A stretch of 38,345 nucleotides of DNA from positions 1 to 38,345 of IMG/VR virus record IMGVR_UViG_3300030397_000280; one strand, given 5' to 3'. Position numbers and translations under genes: made by a program. Positions 34,660-38,345 of the stretch are shown here, one piece after another. Source of the stretch: a virus (lineage: Duplodnaviria > Caudoviricetes). The notes beneath the pieces were generated by a model. The model saw only the letters and a program-made list of their open reading frames with translations, did no database searches and was not told the origin of the DNA. Positions within the stretch are counted from its first letter, which is position 1. Each line of letters opens with the position of its first letter.

Positions 34660-34913
34660 TCCGACGCCCTCAGTAGCTGAATACCCCGATAACGGTGCGT
34701 GGTCAGTGATATCTGCCCCTTTGACTTCGCCTTCAACTGTTCTTCCAGGCGGTCATAGTCTTTCTTGTACAGCCGGGTTTGGTCGAAACGAACGTTGCGA
34801 CTGCGGTAAAGGTCTGCAGCCTTGTCAATTTTTCCCAGCACCCGAAGCGCACCCTTTGAGATGCCAAGGGCTTCAGGAAAGAAGTCGCGGAATATCTGCT
34901 GCTGCTCGGTCAT
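34656..34913 (-). CDS. Hypothetical protein
   Basis: Coupled ORF in the PR operon. Confidence 0.6.
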   Translation of the reverse strand: MTEQQQIFRDFFPEALGISKGALRVLGKIDKAADLYRSRNVRFDQTRLYKKDYDRLEEQLKAKSKGQISLTTHRYRGIQLLRASE

Positions 34914-35419
34914 GCTGTTTCACCCATGATTTCAACGCGCCGCCGCCAGGCTTTACAGTCCGCCTTTCCGCTGCGGCAGCTTTCAATCCAGTCCTCGCCC
35001 AACAGCGTTCCCGTTTTGGTGCAGGTGTACTGGTCTCGGTAATCAGCGAGGTTGAATTTCTTGCCAGTGACCTGCTCGTAGTGTTCGGCTGTCTTGTCAT
35101 TCACCGCCTCGCCCGAGTCCAGGCATGACTCCTTTGCCGCCAGCCGAACGTATTTGTTAAACGTGGCCAGCGGCGGTGGGTTCAGGTAGCCCTTGTCTTC
35201 AATCCTCTCCAGCGCAAATCTCAAATGTTCGGATTTTGCGTATTCAAATTTTTGGCACCAGCTTTTGAACTCGGGGCTTCCATACCCACCCATTGCGTCA
35301 TCCCACTTCTTTCCGTAGAGCTGACGCATCTGGTCCCACAAGTGCTGCATGGTCTTCAGTACCCGCGCCTGCCGTAGCTGCTTCGAGCTGTGCTGTGAAT
35401 CGGGCATTTTGTTCATCAA
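34910..35419 (-). CDS. Replication protein P-like helicase loader (start uncertain)
   Basis: LW..M..LYG.KW...W...PP.L..F pattern; directly after the O-like gene. Confidence 0.6.
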   Translation of the reverse strand: MMNKMPDSQHSSKQLRQARVLKTMQHLWDQMRQLYGKKWDDAMGGYGSPEFKSWCQKFEYAKSEHLRFALERIEDKGYLNPPPLATFNKYVRLAAKESCLDSGEAVNDKTAEHYEQVTGKKFNLADYRDQYTCTKTGTLLGEDWIESCRSGKADCKAWRRRVEIMGETA

Positions 35420-36182
35420 TCTTTTCCTGTTGCGTTCGTGGCGGTGAGTCGTTCCAGCGTTCCTGGTTTAGCCAGGTCGAGGGGTGCGGAATGAATTGCT
35501 CTTCGGTGCCGGCGGTTGACCAGTAGTGCGCCCAGCGGGACATGCCAGCGCAGATTTCATCCAGGGTGGATTTCTTCAACGCTGCCTTGAACGCCTTCCG
35601 CGCCGCAGGCTTGGAAACCTGTCGGGCGCAGTAGGGCCAGAAAATCTCAAACGGGTCGATTTCCTCGCGCGCGCTGCTCTTTTCTGTTCCTTGGTCTGTT
35701 GCTCTTAATTGGTCTGTTCTATGCGGGTCTCGGGTTCGGACACCGTTTACGGGGTTTACGGTGTCGGGTTCGGACAGGGTTTTAGTGTCCGGACCGGAAA
35801 CCGTTTCTGGTTCGGAAACCGTTTCCACTTCGGACACCGTTTCTGGGTTAGAAACCCTGTCTGGTTCGGGCACTGTTTTGGCTTTCTTATCCCTGTCGGG
35901 TTCGGACAGGGTTTCAGGCACCGTAAAGCGATATTTGGCAGGCTGGCTTCTGCCCCCCAATCCCTCTTTTTTCAGCCAGCCAAGTTCCACTAGTTGGGTC
36001 GTCGCCCGGCTGATGGTTTGGGTCGAATATCCACACCGCTCGGATATGGTTTTGCGCCTGGGATGGCACAGGTCCGTGTCCCTGTTCTTGAACGACAAAA
36101 TCGCGCCCAGCACACGAAGATGAATCTTCGTCAGGCGGTCATCCATGAATACTTCTACAGGCATGATGGCAAACACCGACAC
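35298..36182 (-). CDS. Replication initiator (O-like; N-terminal wHTH)
   Basis: C.P....I....G.S..TISR....L...GWL; C-terminal FE.FW..Y and FIPHP.TWLN.ERW.D. Confidence 0.85.
   Translation of the reverse strand: MSVFAIMPVEVFMDDRLTKIHLRVLGAILSFKNRDTDLCHPRRKTISERCGYSTQTISRATTQLVELGWLKKEGLGGRSQPAKYRFTVPETLSEPDRDKKAKTVPEPDRVSNPETVSEVETVSEPETVSGPDTKTLSEPDTVNPVNGVRTRDPHRTDQLRATDQGTEKSSAREEIDPFEIFWPYCARQVSKPAARKAFKAALKKSTLDEICAGMSRWAHYWSTAGTEEQFIPHPSTWLNQERWNDSPPRTQQEKIDEQNARFTAQLEAATAGAGTEDHAALVGPDASALRKEVG
35731..35915. repeat. Iteron-like repeats, probable replication origin within the initiator gene
   Basis: GGTTCGGRMA at 35733, 35767, 35809, 35863 and 35899, plus degenerate 18-bp units between them. 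Confidence 0.7.
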
Positions 36183-36497
36183 CTATGCCGCTCTCTGAAA
36201 CATATCCGGTTGCTCCGGGTCGTTGGGTAGCGCCCAGGCGTGTTCTCTGCGCCCGTAATCACCCAGGCGTTTAACCGTGGTGCGGACCAATTTCCCGGCT
36301 GCAGTAAGATTCGAGATGGCGCGGCGAGCCGAGGTTAGAGGGGCATGGGGGAGTGCTTCCCTGCGTACCTCAGAGGGGGTCCACAGCCCGCCGCGCTGCG
36401 TGAAGAATGTCAGGACAGCCGCTTCCTGCGATTCGGCCTTGTGCCGGTACTCAGCCAGGGTTGGGCCAGTTTCGTTGGTGGTGTTGTAGAAACTCAC
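36183..36497 (-). CDS. Hypothetical wHTH-like protein
   Basis: TPSEV....PLTSARRAISNL...G.L. Confidence 0.65.
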   Translation of the reverse strand: MSFYNTTNETGPTLAEYRHKAESQEAAVLTFFTQRGGLWTPSEVRREALPHAPLTSARRAISNLTAAGKLVRTTVKRLGDYGRREHAWALPNDPEQPDMFQRAA

Positions 36498-36877
36498 CCA
36501 ACCGCCCTCAACTTGCTGTCAATCTTGTCCTGTGGTGCGTCTGCGCTTTTCTTTTCAGCCAGGTACTGGCGAATGAGCGCCTTTAGTTCGTCTTCAGGCT
36601 CAACGGGTTCTGGCTGGCCGTGACTGGTGTTCTGGCAACAGTAATAAACGAAGTCATATTCGCCGCAGTGGTTGGCGATGAATAAATGTTGGTCTGCTGT
36701 GAGCTTGTCTCGGTGCTCGGCGCGTAAAGCGTTTTTAAGCATCGCGTAAGCGGAATCCGCTTTCTTCTCGGGCCACAAAGCTAGGGCCACTTCCTTAAAA
36801 GGTTTCCCGCTGCGAATAATTGCAGTATTCGTCGCGTCTTCAGCGGTTTCGTGAAATGGAAATGCCTTTTGATTCAT
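36494..36877 (-). CDS. CII-like phage regulatory protein, module B
   Basis: Position after cro; homologous to the partial ORF at 1-166. Confidence 0.7.
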   Translation of the reverse strand: MNQKAFPFHETAEDATNTAIIRSGKPFKEVALALWPEKKADSAYAMLKNALRAEHRDKLTADQHLFIANHCGEYDFVYYCCQNTSHGQPEPVEPEDELKALIRQYLAEKKSADAPQDKIDSKLRAVG

Positions 36878-36940
36878 GTGTTTATCACTTCGCCTTTATT
36901 TCTAAGGCAGATTAAGGCAGCGTCTTGTGCCTAAAATTTT

Positions 36941-37180
36941 TTACGCGGCCCTGTCCTGCGCCTGAACCTCGGTCAGTCGTTTTTCAAGGATTTGCAGCTT
37001 TAACGTGCCAGGGCTTGGTATTTCACCGCTGGCGAACTTTTTGACCCACTGTGGAGACATCTTTTTGCACTTGAGAATTTCAGCGGCCTTGCTAATGGAG
37101 CCCTGCTCTCGGCAATACGCTTTGAGCTGTCGCAGCATTTCGTCTCTGGCGCGTCCGGCCATGGTGTCTTTTATATTCAT
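36941..37180 (-). CDS. cro: Cro-like HTH repressor, module B
   Basis: SISKAAEIL...MSPQWVKKFASGEIPSPG; similar to cro A (S.SWVEKF....NP...L..L). Confidence 0.75.
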   Translation of the reverse strand: MNIKDTMAGRARDEMLRQLKAYCREQGSISKAAEILKCKKMSPQWVKKFASGEIPSPGTLKLQILEKRLTEVQAQDRAA

Positions 37181-37187
37181 GCGCCTA

Positions 37188-37230
37188 AGTATAGCTAATA
37201 TTTTAGCCGTTACGCAACTAAAACTTTATC
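37188..37230 (-). promoter_or_regulatory. PR-like promoter and two OR operators, module B
   Basis: TTGCGT (37217-37212), 18-bp spacer, TATACT (37193-37188). Operators GCTAATATTTTAGC (37194-37207) and ACTAAAACTTTATC (37217-37230). Confidence 0.7.
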
Positions 37231-37256
37231 CACCACTTCTCGTAGTCTATGAATCC

Positions 37257-37613
37257 ATGGAAACCATCGACTTAAAACATGTCCTTGCAGTGAACCTCAA
37301 GGCGTTAATGGACCGGCACGGCCTGAAGTCAGGCTATGACGTGTACCGCTATACCGGTGTATCGAAGGCGCAGGTAAACAACCTGCTGGGGGAAAGGCAC
37401 GCAGCCTCTATAGATACGCTTTCCAGGTTTGCTCAGAAATTTGGCACGCCAGCGTGGGCGCTGATTCATCCCCAGGGCTTGGAGCTGTCAGACGACGAAC
37501 ACATACCCCGCCTGATTAATGCCTATGGTGAAGCCTCGAAGTCCGGACGGGGCGTGATTCTTCAGGTGGCTGAGTCTCAAGCTCAGTATCAACCGACTTC
37601 AGATCCTGAATAG
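37257..37613 (+). CDS. cI: CI-like XRE repressor without S24 domain, module B
   Basis: LAVNLKALM...GVSKAQVNNLL.....SIDTL...A..F HTH; C-terminus GRGVILQVAESQA resembles cI A GRRVVLSVAEGQA. Confidence 0.8.
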   Translation: METIDLKHVLAVNLKALMDRHGLKSGYDVYRYTGVSKAQVNNLLGERHAASIDTLSRFAQKFGTPAWALIHPQGLELSDDEHIPRLINAYGEASKSGRGVILQVAESQAQYQPTSDPE

Positions 37614-37716
37614 CTTCACCTATGAGCTTCGTAGCAAATTCTAGCATTGTGGTTGCTTCTTTCAGTGACTGCATGGCAGAACTTACTATTTCCTGCTCTA
37701 TCATTGTTTTACTCAC
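37516..37716 (-). CDS. Small helical protein convergent with and overlapping the cI 3' end, module B
   Basis: Amphipathic heptads; syntenic with 756-938. Confidence 0.4.
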   Translation of the reverse strand: MSKTMIEQEIVSSAMQSLKEATTMLEFATKLIGEAIQDLKSVDTELETQPPEESRPVRTSRLHHRH

Positions 37717-37795
37717 CCTTCTTTACTCTTTTGGTCATTGACATGAGCGTCAAGACTACCGCATAACATTCTCAATATACGATAGGAGCCGCAAA

Positions 37796-38101
37796 ATGAA
37801 AGCCCTGTTTTTGCTCTTGTTCGCCATCATAATTACCGGTTGTGGTGCCACAAAGTTGACACAAAACGGCTCAATGGTCCGCGAAATTGAGGCCGACTAT
37901 TCAACGAATTGTGAATTTTTGGGTGTCATCGAAACCACTGAGGCCATGGGCTGGACCGCCGCATCTCAAGACCACGGCGCACTCAATAAAGCCAGGAATG
38001 AGGTTGCGGCCCGGGGCGGTAACGCCATGGTGATTTCTTCGACCTCGGCATCAGGAATAAATTCCCAGGTGCAAGTGGACGGCTATCGCTGCCCTAAATG
38101 A
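37796..38101 (+). CDS. Small lipoprotein (DUF4156-like), candidate superinfection exclusion factor, module B
   Basis: ITG-C lipobox, AGGAG SD; C.FLG...A.N.ARN..A..GGNA...Y.C pattern. Confidence 0.75.
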   Translation: MKALFLLLFAIIITGCGATKLTQNGSMVREIEADYSTNCEFLGVIETTEAMGWTAASQDHGALNKARNEVAARGGNAMVISSTSASGINSQVQVDGYRCPK

Positions 38102-38141
38102 CCCACCAGCAACCAAACACGTAGCCACCTGATTATTACCG

Positions 38142-38189
38142 ACTAATATTTTAGTTGACACTCACCCCATTAACGGCTAATATTTTATC
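38142..38189 (+). promoter_or_regulatory. PL-like promoter with two OL operators, module B
   Basis: TTGACA (38155-38160), 17-bp spacer, TAATAT (38178-38183). Operators ACTAATATTTTAGT (38142-38155) and GCTAATATTTTATC (38176-38189). Confidence 0.85.
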
Positions 38190-38216
38190 CAGTCAATTAA
38201 ATTACTGGATGAGCAA

Positions 38217-38345
38217 ATGCCCTCAACAGCCCTTCAAGAATTTGCCTACGACGCTGAATACCTGCGTGGGTTACTGCGCGAAACCAGCAATGAGTTTTGC
38301 CCGGAATGTGACTGGACAGACCACGAGGCGGATGAGGCTGTATTG
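38217..38345 (+). CDS. Second copy of the first PL-operon gene (partial); direct repeat of 1736-1864
   Basis: MPSTALQEFAYDAEYLRG... vs MPSTALQDFAYDAEYLRG... Confidence 0.9.
   Translation, partial: MPSTALQEFAYDAEYLRGLLRETSNEFCPECDWTDHEADEAVL

Noticed and set aside
35731-35915. CRISPR-like array
   Set aside because: The units are short, degenerate and inside a coding gene, with no unique spacers. No CRISPR array was seen elsewhere.
37005-37256. N-terminal extension of cI B in the 202-aa ORF
   Set aside because: It runs antisense through cro and the operators; the HTH domain and homology to cI A start at ATG 37257.
38187-38210. LexA box at PL-B
   Set aside because: The inverted repeat reads ATCCAGT...ACTGGAT (CAG before CTG), the wrong orientation for CTG-N10-CAG. 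More likely a leader hairpin.
38217-38345. True direct terminal repeat or simple circular assembly overlap
   Set aside because: The match is to an internal site (1736), has 2 mismatches, and the sequences upstream of the two copies differ.

Overview
This window holds roughly one genome of a temperate, podovirus-like phage. It combines lambdoid control, replication and recombination modules with a T7/BPP-1/epsilon15-type virion module. The host is probably a gammaproteobacterium, inferred from a tRNA-Lys att core. Layout: immunity module A (1-1735); a PL-like early operon on + (ERF, exonuclease, many small ORFs, xis, int; 1736-9903); an intact attP-like site with the 3' half of tRNA-Lys(UUU) (9998-10042); then on the - strand lysis, three tail/receptor proteins, internal virion proteins, tail tube A/B, capsid, scaffold, portal, terminases, a pR'/tR'-like site, Q-like, nin and O/P-like genes; finally immunity module B (36494-38216). 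The most striking feature is two complete, syntenic but divergent immunity cassettes (cII-like, cro, cI, small convergent ORF, lipoprotein, PL). Each has its own set of four 14-bp operators, and both are joined to the same first PL gene (1736-1864 vs 38217-38345, 2 mismatches). This suggests heteroimmune variants, either as tandem prophages or co-assembled sister phages. Product calls come from motif recognition by eye and synteny; no searches were run.
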